From NCBI RefSeq assembly GCF_009914755.1, contig NC_060942.1: 64,000 nucleotides of DNA, one strand, 5' to 3'. A program made the translations under genes and the position numbers. Of this stretch, positions 14,528 to 27,824 are shown piece after piece (the first letter of the stretch is position 1; each line of letters begins with the position of its first letter). The notes beneath the pieces are model-generated. The model had not been told where the DNA came from. It made no database searches and was given only the letters and a program-made list of their open reading frames with translations. This DNA comes from the human T2T-CHM13v2.0 reference genome, Homo sapiens.

Positions 14528-14624
14528 AGTCTCCTTTTCTTTGATGCAGCCTCTAAATGTTGTTTGCTGAGGACTTAGTCCTTTGCCTTCCTTTCTTCCT
14601 CTTCCTTGTATTCTCTTGCGCAGC

Positions 14625-14850
14625 AGCTAAGAACAATGTCTCATGAGCCAGGTCGTTTAGGTTCAGTTGCTACTAATTGTGTCAATCTTGGGCAAGTTAT
14701 TTGGCCAAATTACAGTGTTCTGTGAGCTTGTGCTACAGATTTATATCAATTAAAGATGAAATAATAATAGTGCCATCCTCATAGGCTTGAGTGAAGATTA
14801 AATAATTCATGTTAACTTGTGTTAATTGAATAGTAAATATTTTTAGCTAT
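14625..14850 (+). mobile_element. MIR
   Basis: cttgggcaagttattt...ataataatagtgcc...ctcatagg...gattaaat. Confidence 0.65.
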
Positions 14851-16221
14851 TAAAAGTTAGATGTTTGGGCTTCTGCTTTTGGCTATAATGAACTAGCTTG
14901 TAGCAGACCAATATTCTACCCAGAACAGTGGAGAAGCTAGCCAGAGGACCAAAAACATTTGTTTGAAGGCTCTGGAGAACTACCAAGGTGGCCAAGACCC
15001 CAGAAAAAAAGGAGACTCAGTGAGGTCAGACTCATTAAGTCTGATATTCTAAGTTGCTTTTCATCTTGATGTATTTACCTGTTCATGAGCGGCAGGTGCA
15101 GGGTCTATGAAGGCAAGTAGAAAGTGAGGAGGCTGAGAAGTTAAGCAGAGCTAATAGTAGTTTCATTCTGCTGGGGAGAAAAAAATGGAGATGGGGTCTT
15201 ACCAAGATAGACTGATTCTGTTCAACATTCCAGGCATTCATTGGGACCCCTAAAGATTACACTATTGAAATAAGGGCTAACCACACACATAATAGGCCAT
15301 ACAAACACTGAAATCCAGTTTCGAGTGAGTTTAATCCTTGTTTGGATTAAGGAGATCTGTTCCTATGGCTTGCAAGAAGCTAAGGAAAATCCTCTCTGAA
15401 GGAAAACATTATCCAGGACCTCTAAATGTTTTAATGAACAATGACTACATTCAATAAAGATTTATTCGATATATCCAGAGTCATGACCAAGAAAAAAAGG
15501 CCACAGAAACATCTATGTGATCCAGATAACAGAATGATCAGATATAATCTCTGAAACAATTGTGATAAATACATACTAGAAAATAGATTAAGATAAGGAA
15601 TTTTAACAAAACAAAATAGAGAAATACAATATAAATAATCAAATGGAAATTTTAGAAATGACAAATACAAAAAAAGTATGGAGTAAATGGTTCAACAGAA
15701 AATTAGACACAGATGGAGGGAGAATTAATGATCTGGAATATAGGTCAGTAGAAGATATTAAGACCAATTTGTGAAGAGCAGAAAATGGAAAATGCAGAAA
15801 GGAGCATAAGAAGCATATGAGTCATGGGTCTAAAATATATGTATTAAAATAACAGAATGGGAAAAGAAGGAGAATGGACAGCAGAAATATTTGAAGAGTT
15901 AATGGCCAATTTTCTAAAATCAACAAATGACACCAAACTTTAAGTTCAAGAAGTGCTGTGAATACTAGATAGGATAATTACAAGGTAATCTGCATGCAAG
16001 CACATTATATTAAAACTCATGGGAATTAAAGGCAATGAAAGTATTAAATGCAGCTAGAGAAAAATAGATTATCTTCAGAAGAGATATATCAGACTTAGCT
16101 GATGTTTAAACCAAAATGATGTAAGCTAGAAAGCAATGGAATAACAGTTTTAGAATACTCCAGGAAAATAACTACTAATGTAGCATTCTTTATCTAGCAA
16201 AACGTCCTTCAAAATGAAGGT

Positions 16222-17697
16222 GATATGACACTAAAAGCACAAAGAACAAGAGAAAATAGGTAAATTGTACTTTATCAAAGTTAAAAACTTCTGTGCCTCA
16301 AAGGGCATCATCAGAAAGTCAAAAACAATCCATGCAATGGGAGAAGATTTTTGCAAATCACATATCCGATAGAAGACTTGTATTAGAATAAATAAGAAGC
16401 TCTTACAACTGAACAACAAAGACAAATAACACAATTTTAAAATGGGCAAAGGATTTTAATAGCTGTTTCTCCAGAAAAGATATATACATGCCCAGTAAAT
16501 ACATGACAAGATGATCAAAACCATTAGCCATCAGGAAAATGCAAATCAAAAGCATAGGATATCATTTCACATTTATTAGGATTGCCATAATAAAAAGGGC
16601 AAACAACAACTAGTGTTGGTGAGATTGTAGAGAAATTGGAAACTTCAAACATTGCTGGTGGGAATGTAAAATGATACAGCCACTTTGGAAGATGGTCTGA
16701 CATTTTCTTAAAATGTTAATGACCCAGCAATTCTACTCCTAGGTATATACCCAAGAGAGGTGAAAGCATATGTCTACATAAAAACTTGTACACAGACAAA
16801 TGTTATAGTAGTATTATTCATAGTAGCCAAAAAGTGGAAACAATCCAAATGTCCATCAACTGAGGAATGGATAAATAAAATGTGATATATCCATGCTATC
16901 AAATATTATTCATCAATAAAGGGAATGAAATACCAATAAATGCTACAGCATAGATGAAGCCCATAAAACATTATGCTTAGTGAAAGAAACCAGTCACAAA
17001 AGACCACTGCTATAGTTTGGATGTTGTCCCCTCCAAATCTCATGTCAAAATTTGATTCCTAGTGTTGAGGGTGGGCATAATGGGAGGTGTTTGGGTCATG
17101 GGGATACATCCCTCATGAACAGATTAATGCCCATGGTTGGGGGAGAGTGAGTTCTTACCCATATTTTTTCCATGCAAGAGCTGGCTGTTAAAAAAAAGCC
17201 TGGTACCTCTGTCCCACCTCCTTTGCCTCCTCTCTACCTGTGATCTCTGCACATGCTGGCTTCCCTTTGCCTTTTGTCATGAGTGGAAGCAGCCTGAGGC
17301 TTTCACCAGATGCCCAGTCTTCCAGCCAGCAGGACTGTGAGCCAGATAACTCTTCTAAAATTATAAATGACCCAGTCTCATGTATTCCTTTATAACAACA
17401 CAAAACAGACAAAGACAACCACGTATTGTATGATTCCACTTACATGAAGTGTCTAGAGTAGGCAAATCTATAGAGACAGAAAGGAGATTAGTGGTTGTGA
17501 GGGGCTGGAAGGTATATGTGTAGGGCAATGAGGAGTGACTGCTAATGGGTTTGTGGTTTATTTTGGGGGTGATGAAAATGTTCTGAAATTCACTGTGGTG
17601 ATGGATATACAACTCTGTGAATATACTATAAGCCGGAGAATTATGCACTTGAAATAGGTGAATTATGTGGTATAAATTATCTCAATAAAGCTGTTAC
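16222..17697 (+). mobile_element. L1MB-type 3' fragment nested in the older L1
   Basis: ORF2 end (gacccagcaattctactcctaggtatatacccaagaga) and a 3' UTR ending ctcaataaagctgtta. Confidence 0.85.
17008..17417 (+). mobile_element. MaLR solo LTR (MSTB-like)
   Basis: TG...CA termini (tgctatagtttggatg...aaagaca) and a perfect 5-bp TSD accac. Confidence 0.92.
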
Positions 17698-19025
17698 CCC
17701 CAAAGTGGGGGTGAAATCAAGATGCTTCTAGGAAACAGAAACTGACCAATTTTGTTGTCAGCAGACTCTCACTAAAGAAATACTAAAGAGAGTTCTTCAG
17801 GCAAAAGGAAATTATTATAGATAGAAGCACAGAAATGCAGGAAAGATTGAAGTGCAATAAACAAGGTAAATCTAAGTGAATATTGACTGCCCAAAACAAT
17901 ACTACTTCATGGGATTTAAAATGCGTTTCTCATTATCTCAAAAGGTATAGCTGGCACAGTGGGACACACCTGTGCTTCCAACATAATGAAACCTTGTCTC
18001 AAAAAAAAAAGGTATAAATCATATTAAAGTGGTCTAGTGTCCTTAACATTGTCTGAGAAGTGATGGCACTAATTTAGAGTAGTTTTTGCTCAGTCAGGAA
18101 GGCATATTATCTATAGGATAAATCACTAAAAGGCTTAATAAAAGAATGTGTACCTGGGAATAAATAGAATACTAGAAAGGAATATAGAAGAATAAAGAAT
18201 AGTAGATTAAACCAAATATGGCAGGAAAAGAGGAAAAAGGAAACTAGAACATGCAGATTAAATACTAAACATGCAGATTTGAACTCAAACATCAGCAATC
18301 ATTTTAAATTAACAGTCTTTGATATATTTTTATTAAAAATTATCAGATTAGATTAAAAAACTATATTCCACTTATAAGAGATACATCTAAAATATATGGG
18401 TACCAAATATTGTAAGTAAAGGACTAAAAGAAGACTATCCATGCAACACTAACCAAAAGAAAGTAGCATGCCTGTATTAATAACAGACGTACTCTTCAGG
18501 CAGGAAACATTACTAGAGAGAAGGAGGAAATCTCATAGTGCTAGAAGAGTCCACTAGGAAGTATTTGTCTGCACCTAATAACTGAAATAAATGCAATATT
18601 GACAGAATGAAAAGGAAAAATAGAAAAATTCACAGTTGTATGCCTCTCTATAGAACAAGCAGGTAAAGAGCAGTGAGGATAGAGATTTAAGCATCTCATT
18701 TAACAAACACTGCAACTGTTAGGATGCATTATTTTCATGTATTGGGCCATAACACAAGTCTCAAGAAATTTCGAAGAATTCCAATCATACAGAGTATGTT
18801 TTTTTTTATCACGGTGAAATTAAGCAAGAAATCTACAATAAAAGAAGGTATTAGAAAATTCCTAAATATTTGGAAATTACTTAATATACTTTTAAATAAT
18901 TTTTGGATCAAAGAAGAAATCCCAGTGAAATTTAGAAATTATTTTGAATCGAACATAATGAAAATACATCACATCAGATCCTGTGGACTATAGCTAAAAT
19001 TTACTTAGAGGAAAATTATAGTCTT

Positions 19026-19229
19026 TTTCATATTTATTTATTTATTGAGACAGTGTCTCTCTCTGTTGCCCAGGCTAGAGTGCAGTGGCACGATCATAGC
19101 TGACTGCAACCTTGAACTTCTGAACTAAAGAGATCCTCCTGCCTTAGCCTTCTGAGTAGCTGGGACTACAGGTGTGCACCACCACACCCAGCTACTTTTA
19201 AAAAATTTTTAGTAGAGATGAGGTCTTGT
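19026..19229 (-). mobile_element. 5'-truncated AluJ
   Basis: Reverse right arm; 15-bp TSD gaaaattatagtctt. Confidence 0.9.
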
Positions 19230-19673
19230 GAAAATTATAGTCTTAAATGCACATAATTGAAAAGAAGAAAGGCTGAAAATCTTAAGATTTTAGAGGTTAG
19301 GAAAAAACATGTCAAACACAGAGAATACAGAAGAAAATAATAAAGATAAGAATAGCAATTAGTGAGCTAGAAAACAAACTTACAGAGGAAAAGCAATATA
19401 ATCAATAGTTCTTTAAAAAGACATTAATAAAGAACTTCTCCTAAATCATTAGAGAAAAAATTCAGACAGCACAGTTAGCAATATCAGAAATTTAAAAACG
19501 GGAATACCACTACCGATTCTCAAGACACATGAAGTAAGCAGTTATCTTTCGGCATGCCAATGCACCTGTGGGATTTCAACCATCATATTTTTATTCACAC
19601 CCAGCCCCCTGAATCTATTTCTTTATTCACCACCATTTTTAGACATAACACGTTAAAAACAAATCCCAATTTT

Positions 19674-19990
19674 GGCTGGGCACAGTGGCTCATGCCTGTA
19701 ATCCCAGCACTTTGGGAGGGTGAGGAAGAAGGTTTGCCTGAACCCAGGAGTTCAAGACCAGCCTGGGCAACATGGCGAGGCCTTGTTTTTACTAAAAGTT
19801 AAAAAATTAGCCAGACGTGGTAACGCACACCTGCAGTCCCAGCTACTTGGGGGGCTGAGGCAGGAGGGTCACTTGAGCCTGGGAGGTCAAGGATGTGGTG
19901 AGTCTTGTTCATGCCACTGCACTCCAAGCTGGGTGACAGAGTGAGACCCTGCCTCAAAACAAAAAACAAAACTGAAAAACCAAAAACCAG
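19674..19990 (+). mobile_element. AluJ
   Basis: Diverged dimer with cacttgagcctgggaggtcaagg. Confidence 0.9.
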
Positions 19991-20039
19991 ATCCTCATTT
20001 TATCCCATCTCCCTGCCCCCAAACAGCTATTAGGCCAGT

Positions 20040-20520
20040 GTTTGCCATGTTAATGCAAATGGTAAATGGTATCACCAGTTACTAATTTGCTCAAGCAAGA
20101 AACTCAAGATTTTGCCTCTCCATGTTGGACACCACCATATCCGATCAGTCACTCAATCCTCTAACTTTTCCTTTCTCCCTTTTATGCCCTCCTTCCCTAT
20201 ACCATTTCTCTCCCTTTCCTTCTCTCCATTTCCACTGGATTCACCATTGTCCAAGCCACATTGAAATTGTCCCTGATCCTGGCGGTGGCTTCTCCATTTG
20301 TCTTCCCTCTTCCATCCCCACACTGCAAAGCTGGTCCTGCACACATCTGCTCACAGCCATTCCATTTCATGGCTTCTTATTGCCCTAGAATCAAGTCTAG
20401 TCTACTTTGGGCAGTGAGGCTCCCCCTCCATGGCCGGTGGCCTGCCTCCCTTCACTGCCTTAAACTGCTCCCACTCTGTGACAGGACTTTTGCATCCACT
20501 GTGCTTCAGTCCCTACACCC
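20040..20520 (+). mobile_element. L2 fragment
   Basis: Pyrimidine-rich, with gtaaatggtatcacca...gctcaagc and catggcttcttattgccctagaatcaagtc. Confidence 0.55.
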
Positions 20521-22029
20521 CACATTCCACCCTAAAGAAAACAACAGAAACAACACAGGCAACAAACTCATTGTGCTCCTCACTTCCTGAACTGCCACCA
20601 GCTGTTGGGTGATCAGGACACAGTGTAGTGTGTGGCATGGACACAGTGTCTCCCCAGGACACAGTGTAGTGTGTGGCATGGAGAAGAACAGGAAAGGACT
20701 ATCAATCTGAATGAGTGAACAAGCCAGTGATAATAATAATCCTGAAACATAGTGTTGATACGATTTTCAACTTGAATAAAGTGAAACGGAAAATGGCAAA
20801 AGGTGCCTATAGACATAAGTAAAAAATATATTCCAGCTTTTTCAAGGGAAAGTTTAATGTATTTTTGGCTATTTAATGATAACAAAATATTTTAAAATAA
20901 TTCAAATGTTTACCTATTTACCAGACTATCACTCCCTCTAAATTTAAGCTCTGAATGGGAGACATCCGGCCTTTGTCTTTCTTGCAGAATTTGATAGAGG
21001 CTCTTGCCTTTGGTTGGTGAGCTGGACTCTTTTGTTGACTTAAATAGAAATCTTGGGCTTATTGGGAAACTGCTTAAGTCAATTTCAAGACATTGCTTCT
21101 CTTGCTCGGTGGCCACAAAGAACATAACTTATTAAATATTTCTGAGAAAGTAAAGTCCAACTGCTTTCAAAGTAAATACATTCATATTATTTCATAACCC
21201 ATATATGCTGGATCATCAAAGATATCTTTGTACTTCATCCTAAAACATTTATTAAAGTAACTATGATGTGCTCATTTAGAAAAGGCCAAATGGGCCACTA
21301 AGAACTTAAAAGTTTAAAAATGATTTGTTGGGGTTAGCCAATAGGAACTACTTTCTTCTGATATCATGTGAATTGATTTCATGTAGTCTTTCTCTTAAGA
21401 AAATTGACCAAGTGTTACTTGTATTTTTAAAATATGTAAATGTAATTACAATTTTTTATGTGAAATGCATTATACATACAAAGGAATACATGTGAGAAGT
21501 GTGTATAGTTTGAAGGTTAATGAAATGAATACCACATTCTCACTATCACCTTAGGAAATAGCAGAGGACAACCTCAGAGTGCGTGCCCTGTATCTTGTCC
21601 CTTTGCAATGGTTGTTATGGGTTATGGGGGAATCATTAGTCCATAAAAGTTAGAATGATTGAACCGAGTTTTGTGTTGGTTTTATTAAGACTTGTGAAAG
21701 GGACATGTGGCACTGCTTGTTGGAAAGCTCTCTTTCCTAACATTTTTTGCTTGTCCTTTAAGTCCAGTTCCTTGTCTCTGCTCCATTTAAAAGGAACCAC
21801 AAAATCCAAGGAAGCCACAAGCTTCATGGCTGCCTAGCAACAAAAGTACCATTTGAGGGGGGAAACAGGCATAGCTGTATTGCAACTGACCAAATGGAAC
21901 ATGCTGACTGCTTTTGGGCTTCTCTTAGAGCTGTATGTGCCTGAAGTGGGGCACTCAGGGGACCCATAGTCAAGCTGGCCCTGGAGAGAGGTAGGGTCCA
22001 CAGCAACACTTCATTTATGAGCCAAGAGT

Positions 22030-22610
22030 GGGGCTAGCTTTGTGGGCGTGTGACTGATGGAGTCAGAAGGGTCCTGTGCTTAAGGTTGCTATCTTGAAAT
22101 TCTTCCAAGTTTTATCTTTCCATTTGCATTTTGAAAGTGAATTTCCATGGATCCATGGAGCACACTCTGGGGGTTTGGGACTTCGTGTGTTCTTGCCTCC
22201 TGCTGTGTCCTCTCCTGTGTGGGAGGGTCCTTGGCTGACTGCTCCCTCACTCCCCGGTGCTCCAGGCTCTGTTTGGGCTCCCCTTCCTTGCTTTTACCCA
22301 GCAAGTGCTGCTGTCTTCTGCCCCAAGCAGGACTTTGGGCTCAGGGATGGTCAGGGAAGCAGGACTTTGGGCTCAGGTATATTCTTGCTCTGTGGCATGT
22401 CAGGGTTGGGCAGGTAGTGACCAGCCCTGCCTTGAGCCTGCAGTGTCGTGGTGCATTCAGCGGGCAACTCGAAGGGGGCAAACCTCTCACCCACCTGCCA
22501 TCCAGGTGCAGAGCATGTGGAGTGTGAAAGTTGTTTTCCCTGTCGGCTGTGGGTTGAGGTGGCAAGCTCATGAGAAGAGGAGGGTGACGTAAAGTCAGAA
22601 CCCTAAAGTT
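22030..22610. mobile_element. hAT-Tip100 (MER91/Zaphod-like) fragment
   Basis: Aligns by eye to the 12972 element (cagaagggtcc...tcttgaaattctt...tggagca...gggg.ttgg). Confidence 0.55.
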
Positions 22611-22619
22611 GCTGCTGAG

Positions 22620-23010
22620 CCTGTGAGTCAACTGGAAAGTTCTGGTTTGGCCCAGTTTGGCCAGTTTCTCCTGGGCTGTCTCATGTGTCTATCATGTGGG
22701 TCATCTGGAGGCTTGGCCATCCAGGCTGGCCTCGCGTGACATGTGGCAGTTGGCAGGCTGTGAGCGGGGGTGGCAGGAGCAGCCAGGCCCGAGTCTTTCA
22801 CCCTCCAGTGGGTAACCCCAACATCTTCAGATAGAGGCAGAGCTCCAAGAGCAGCAAGAGAGGGCAGCCCCAGTCTCTGCCAGGTCACACGTGACACTGT
22901 CCATTGGCCAAAGCAAGACACAGGTCACCCAGATTCCAGGAGTAGAGGAAGAATCTACCTCTAGAGGGAATTTGCTGCAAAATCACATTGGGAGGATGTG
23001 GATGCAGGGA
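22620..23010 (-). mobile_element. MaLR LTR (MLT1 family)
   Basis: ccattggccaaagcaag...cccagattc...ctgcaaaatcacattg. Confidence 0.7.
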
Positions 23011-23375
23011 TGGGGGAACCAATGAAGTGCCATAAGCACTTGCGCTTTCCATTAAGTTTACTTTTTTCTTTTTAAGATCAGAATGTTTTCCCACTTCTAA
23101 ACTATAACCAAAATTAGTTTAAAGAGTAGCCCTAGTATATATTTATAGAACGGTTCTGTGCAAATCTATTTCAGGATTACACAGAAATTTTATTGCCTGG
23201 GCTATGGATCGCTGTGGACCTGCTGCCAAAACCTAGATAATCATTAAGCTACCCCAGTAACATGCTAGTTCACTGGACTAAGAAAAAGAAAGAATACATA
23301 AATCGAGACGTGACATCAGCCTCCTTTGAGATGTTTGGGTGTTTTTTCAGGATGGTGAGTCTGCCCTTTCTTTTT

Positions 23376-23667
23376 TTTCTTTAGATGACAGTCTCACTCT
23401 GTTGGAGTGCAGTGGCGCAATCTTGGCTCACTGTGACCTCTGCCTCCCTGGTTCAAACAATTCTCCTGCCTGAGCCTCCTGAGTAGCTGGGATTACAGGT
23501 GTGTCACCACCACACCCGGCTAATTTTTGTTTGTTTGTTTGTTTTTTGGTGGAGATGGGGTTTCACCATTTTGGCCAGACTGGTCTCAAACTCCTGACCT
23601 CAAGTGATCTGCCTGCCTTGACCTCCCAAAGTGCTGGGATCACAGGCATGAGGCATCATGCCTGGCT
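23376..23667 (-). mobile_element. AluS
   Basis: Reverse dimer; TSD tgccctttcttttt. Confidence 0.92.
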
Positions 23668-25614
23668 TGCCCTTTCTTTTTGACTGCACTATCTTTGCTG
23701 GAACAGTCAAAAGAACCCCAGAGTGACTTTGCATAGTGTCTCTACAAGGAGTGGAAGGCTCTTTCTATGTCTCCAGAGAATGAGGTCCTGCTTTATTGGT
23801 GTGTTTTATCCCAGGCGGAGTGGCACAAAATCCTGGATATTTAGAAGGACACTTACTGTGGATCTGAGACTGGCTGCCCGCTGAACACCCTGCCTCCCAC
23901 CAGAATCCTGGCCACAGATTTACAGCCCTATCTGTGTGAGCCTGCAACCCAATCTGAAGTCTTCCTGTTGCACCGCTGTCACTGCCCCTAAATTTCCTTA
24001 ATCGCTGTACTTCTGTAATAGCCCTGTAATGTTATCTTCCCCCATGGCTCCTGGCTTTGTCTTATGTCCTGAAGTGCCTGGCAATGTCCTGGCCACCAAA
24101 CCTAGAGCCAAGAAAGGACTGCAGGGGACATGCTGCCAGGGGATCAGGGTTGATATGAAAATTGTCAGAGTCAGGAAATTCCAGGTCCCTTAAGTCACTT
24201 GGGAAGACATTTGACAGGAAAGGCCAAGGAATGGGATCAGGTTGCCTCCGTGTAAGTAAGAATTGAGATTCCCCGGTGGGGACTGGTCTGGCAGGGAGGT
24301 GTCTGAGTTTTTCGCTCTGTAGGGAAAGTTTTGATATATCTGTCTAAATCTGTGTAATAACTGGATTTGAATTAATCACCACTCACTGTCTATTCATATT
24401 GTTTTTAGTTCTTCGGAAAGTTTATGACTGTTACTTCTTTATCACTGACAAGATTGAGGAATTCATTTAGTGTACCTATTAATTTGCTTATTAAAATAAT
24501 AACTAAACATGACCCCATCCCCACATATTTAGGGACTTTTGCTGTTTTCAACATATTGGTCCAGCCAAGAAGCACTGTGTTCTTCCTCCTTGGCTCATGT
24601 GATGGTTTAAATATTAATCTCCTGTGTCTCGGGTGTAATGATGGGCTGGGGTTTGTGTGGTGGATGGCTCGGGTGGTGTGTGTTGACTCGTTTGCTGTCT
24701 TCACAGCCCCTGTGTTGTTAGGATCCCCTTTGCACACACATGTCCTGTCTCCCAAAGGGCAGCCCCTCTTCCTATAGCCCCGCTGTGAGGACTCCACATG
24801 AAGTTCCTGAGAGATAAAGAGATGCAAATTATTTTCTTTTTCAGTTGAGGGACTCACTAGCACAAATGGGATGGGCCTGCCCACCCATTTATTAGGGATC
24901 CGGGTTGTGACATCTGGCGTAGGAGGTAATGGCAGCCTCTATCCTGGAGGGGGGACTCGGGCAGTTCCATGGAGGATGCTTAGGTCTCTGCTAACGATAG
25001 CAGAAGGGATATAACTGAGGATGAACGTCCACCCATTTTGACAGTTGATTTAGATGGTGTTTTATTCTTTTCTGTGTTTGATTTGTGTGTTATACTTAAA
25101 CGATCTCTTTGAGGGAAGGAAGTGATTATGTGTTCCTTGGTGCCCTGCCTGTGCCTGACATATAATTTTGTTAAAATTGAACTGTGGAAATGGTAGTAGT
25201 TATGCTGTCCAGAATGTGAGAAGAGGAATGGTGAGAACAGGCCATTGTGCTAAGGTTTGGGGATTCTGCTGTCAGAGGCTAGGGAGATTATGGGGCTTCC
25301 TGTTACAGTTTGGGGCTGGCACAAAGCGCCTTGAGGCAGATACCTGGCAGGCCAGGGTGAGTGTCCAGAAAAGTGAGATATTTGTCTTGGGCTACTGGGA
25401 ATAAAATCTGAAGATGCGAGATGGAAATGATATGCAAAATAGCCCAGATGGGGCTACATCTGCCGGCCACTAGTACATTCCCACCTCCTTCCAGTCTAAG
25501 AAGAGCACAGGGCTTAGGCAGGGCTGGTGGAGACTGATAAGCCTGGGTAAGGGTCTGTCAGTCTTTTCATCTCTGTTATCCCTGCTTTAGGTACCTCAAC
25601 TGAATGGCCAAGAG

Positions 25615-26140
25615 CAGTATGTGCTAGTGCTGGCCTGGGTGACCTGCAAGACTGATTGTCAAATTCTCAGGAATTTCGTGAGCCACTTTTCAAATGTAGC
25701 TATTACTAAAAATTAAATTGGCTAGGCACAATGGTTCACATCTGTAATCTTCACATTTTGGGAGGCCGGGGTGGGAGGATTGCTTGATGCCAGGAGTTCA
25801 AGACCAGCCTGCGCAACAGTGAGACCCCCCTGCTACAAAAAAATAGTAATAATAGTAAATAAAAATAAAAGAAATTTAAAATAAATAAGAATTATAGAAA
25901 CTCACAATTGAGCAGATTATATTAAAAACAAAGGTTATAGACATTCACAGTGTGTCACTTCCTAATTATTTTACTCCATTCTGCTACCTCTGCTCTCCAG
26001 GTTATTTAGGTCTTACAGATCTGTGTGGTAGAAATGCTGTATACTGGTGAGCTGCTGCACACCTCTTTCTAACCCCATGCTCAGCGACTGTGCATTGGTG
26101 GCTTGAAACAGGCTCTGGTGGGAGTATTTATGCCACATTC
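25615..26140. mobile_element. MER63-like hAT-Blackjack element interrupted by a FLAM/Alu left monomer (about 25719-25850)
   Basis: gattgtcaaattctcaggaatttcgtgagcc, tcacttcctaattattttact, ggtgggagtattta. Confidence 0.8.
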
Positions 26141-27324
26141 ATGTGTATGCTTGGCTTCTCTCCAGACAGCGCTACTTGCTCTTCGTTCTCTCCCTCTGGC
26201 TGAGTGTGGATCACAGGCTCTGAATGACTCAGACCTCCTTGAGGAGAAGTAGAAACTCCTTATCCCAGTGCTTCTCTCTTTAGGCTCATGTGTTTCCAGG
26301 GGTTGAGGAAAAGGACATTGTGATGGCTTAAAGAGGTTTTGTCATTCCATCTTTCAGTCTGTTGATTATATGTGGGATTAAAAATAGGCAAAGTGTTGAT
26401 ACTATCAGCTGAACACACTAAATCAGCTTTCTTAGTTAATAACAGCAGTAGAAATTAAAGCAAGAATGAGCTGCCAATGATTACAACCAGACACATGGTC
26501 CACTGTACGTGTCAACAGGTCCAATTTCCATTGGAATTTTCCACCTGGAAAGATAAAGTCTGATTTCAGTCCACTGGTGATGGTTGGCTCAGGAGACACC
26601 TTCTGCAGGAACTCTTCCTGCCTGCTGCTTCCATAGAGTAGGGGAGGCAGCTCCTGTGTGTTTCCCCAAAACCCTGGGCACACCTTTGACACTACAGTAC
26701 AGACAGGTTGGCCAGTTTGTAGTAAATGCTTTCTCAAATCAGATGATCCATCTATAGGATGCTGCTCAAGAATGCTGAAATTCACCATCAAGCCTTTAGT
26801 AATTATGAGGTATGGTCTGCTATTAGAGAAATAAAACAAGTGAATCAAATAGGATTAACCCCTTCAAATGACTTAACTAGGTATTTCTCACAAGTAATAA
26901 AGAAGAAATTCCTTTCATTCTGTTGTGGATAACCAGAAACAAGGAACTGTGGGGTTTCTAACAAGAATTAACAGCCTGTTATAGATGCTGCTTCTAAACA
27001 AGATGACAGTTTGCATTTCTCTTGTTGAGGATAATAGCAAAACTTTCCTATCAAAACAAAAACTAATCCCTTATTTGAAATCTCACTTATAGCAGATTAT
27101 CAAGCATTCATCTAGATGTTTTAAAGTAACCACATATTTGTCTCCACTTTTCCCCTAGCTTTCATTTTGGAATAATAGCCTAACTCAGCAAGAAGATGAA
27201 TTGAGTCACTCTTACAGCTCAAGAAATCAAGCATGAGGGTATAAGTTTAGATTTCCTCATAATATTAATCTCAATCTTCTTTGGTAAAATTATTTTTCTC
27301 TATTTTAAGAGTAATCATTCTATA

Positions 27325-27730
27325 TGTAATATAATGCTAACTGCTACCTGTAGCAACCACAAAACCTTAATGAGTTAGCACAGCAAAGGCTCGTTTCTTG
27401 ATGCTGTCACAGTCCAGGATGGGTCAGTGGATCTGGGCAGCAAAGTGCTCTCTTCCATGCAGTGACTCAGGAACCCAAGCTCCTTGCATTTGGGGCTCTG
27501 CTTTTTTCTAGGTTTCAAGGTCTCCTCTGGCTCCTCTGCATCTGGCCATAGGCAAGAAAAGAAAAGTGGACAGTTGTGCAGAGGTGTTATGGCCAAGCCT
27601 GTTGGGGGCCTTCTTCACTTTCACCCACATTCTGCTGATCAATACTCAGTTATGCAGCCAGAGCCCAACTCTAAGGCAAGACTGTGTGCCTGGGGAGAAA
27701 AGGGAATGGTGTTGGCAAACACATTTGCTC
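27325..27730 (-). mobile_element. Old MaLR LTR (MLT1J/K-like)
   Basis: gtgactcaggaacccaagctcctt...cccacattctgctg...actcagttatg. Confidence 0.55.
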
Positions 27731-27824
27731 AGTCACACCAGAACACTCAGTTGATACAAGCTGCATTTTGCACCGTGACAAAATTTTCAAGTTCTGTGTG
27801 TGTCTTGGGCTGTAGAGAGGATGC

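Larger units (their letters stand above)
14865..19530 (+). mobile_element. Ancient degenerate L1M (5' region, ORF1, start of ORF2) hosting later insertions
   Basis: A-rich + strand with L1 ORF1 remnants (gcagctagagaaaaa, ccttcaaaatgaaggtga) and endonuclease-region remnants (ggccataacacaagtctcaagaaatt); no intact ORF. Confidence 0.75.

Noticed and set aside
14865-19530. Active or intact L1
   Set aside because: Heavily mutated and interrupted; no long ORF1 or ORF2.
20614-22377. Short direct repeats with spacers as a CRISPR-like array
   Set aside because: Only two copies each, unrelated to one another, no cas genes, eukaryotic context.
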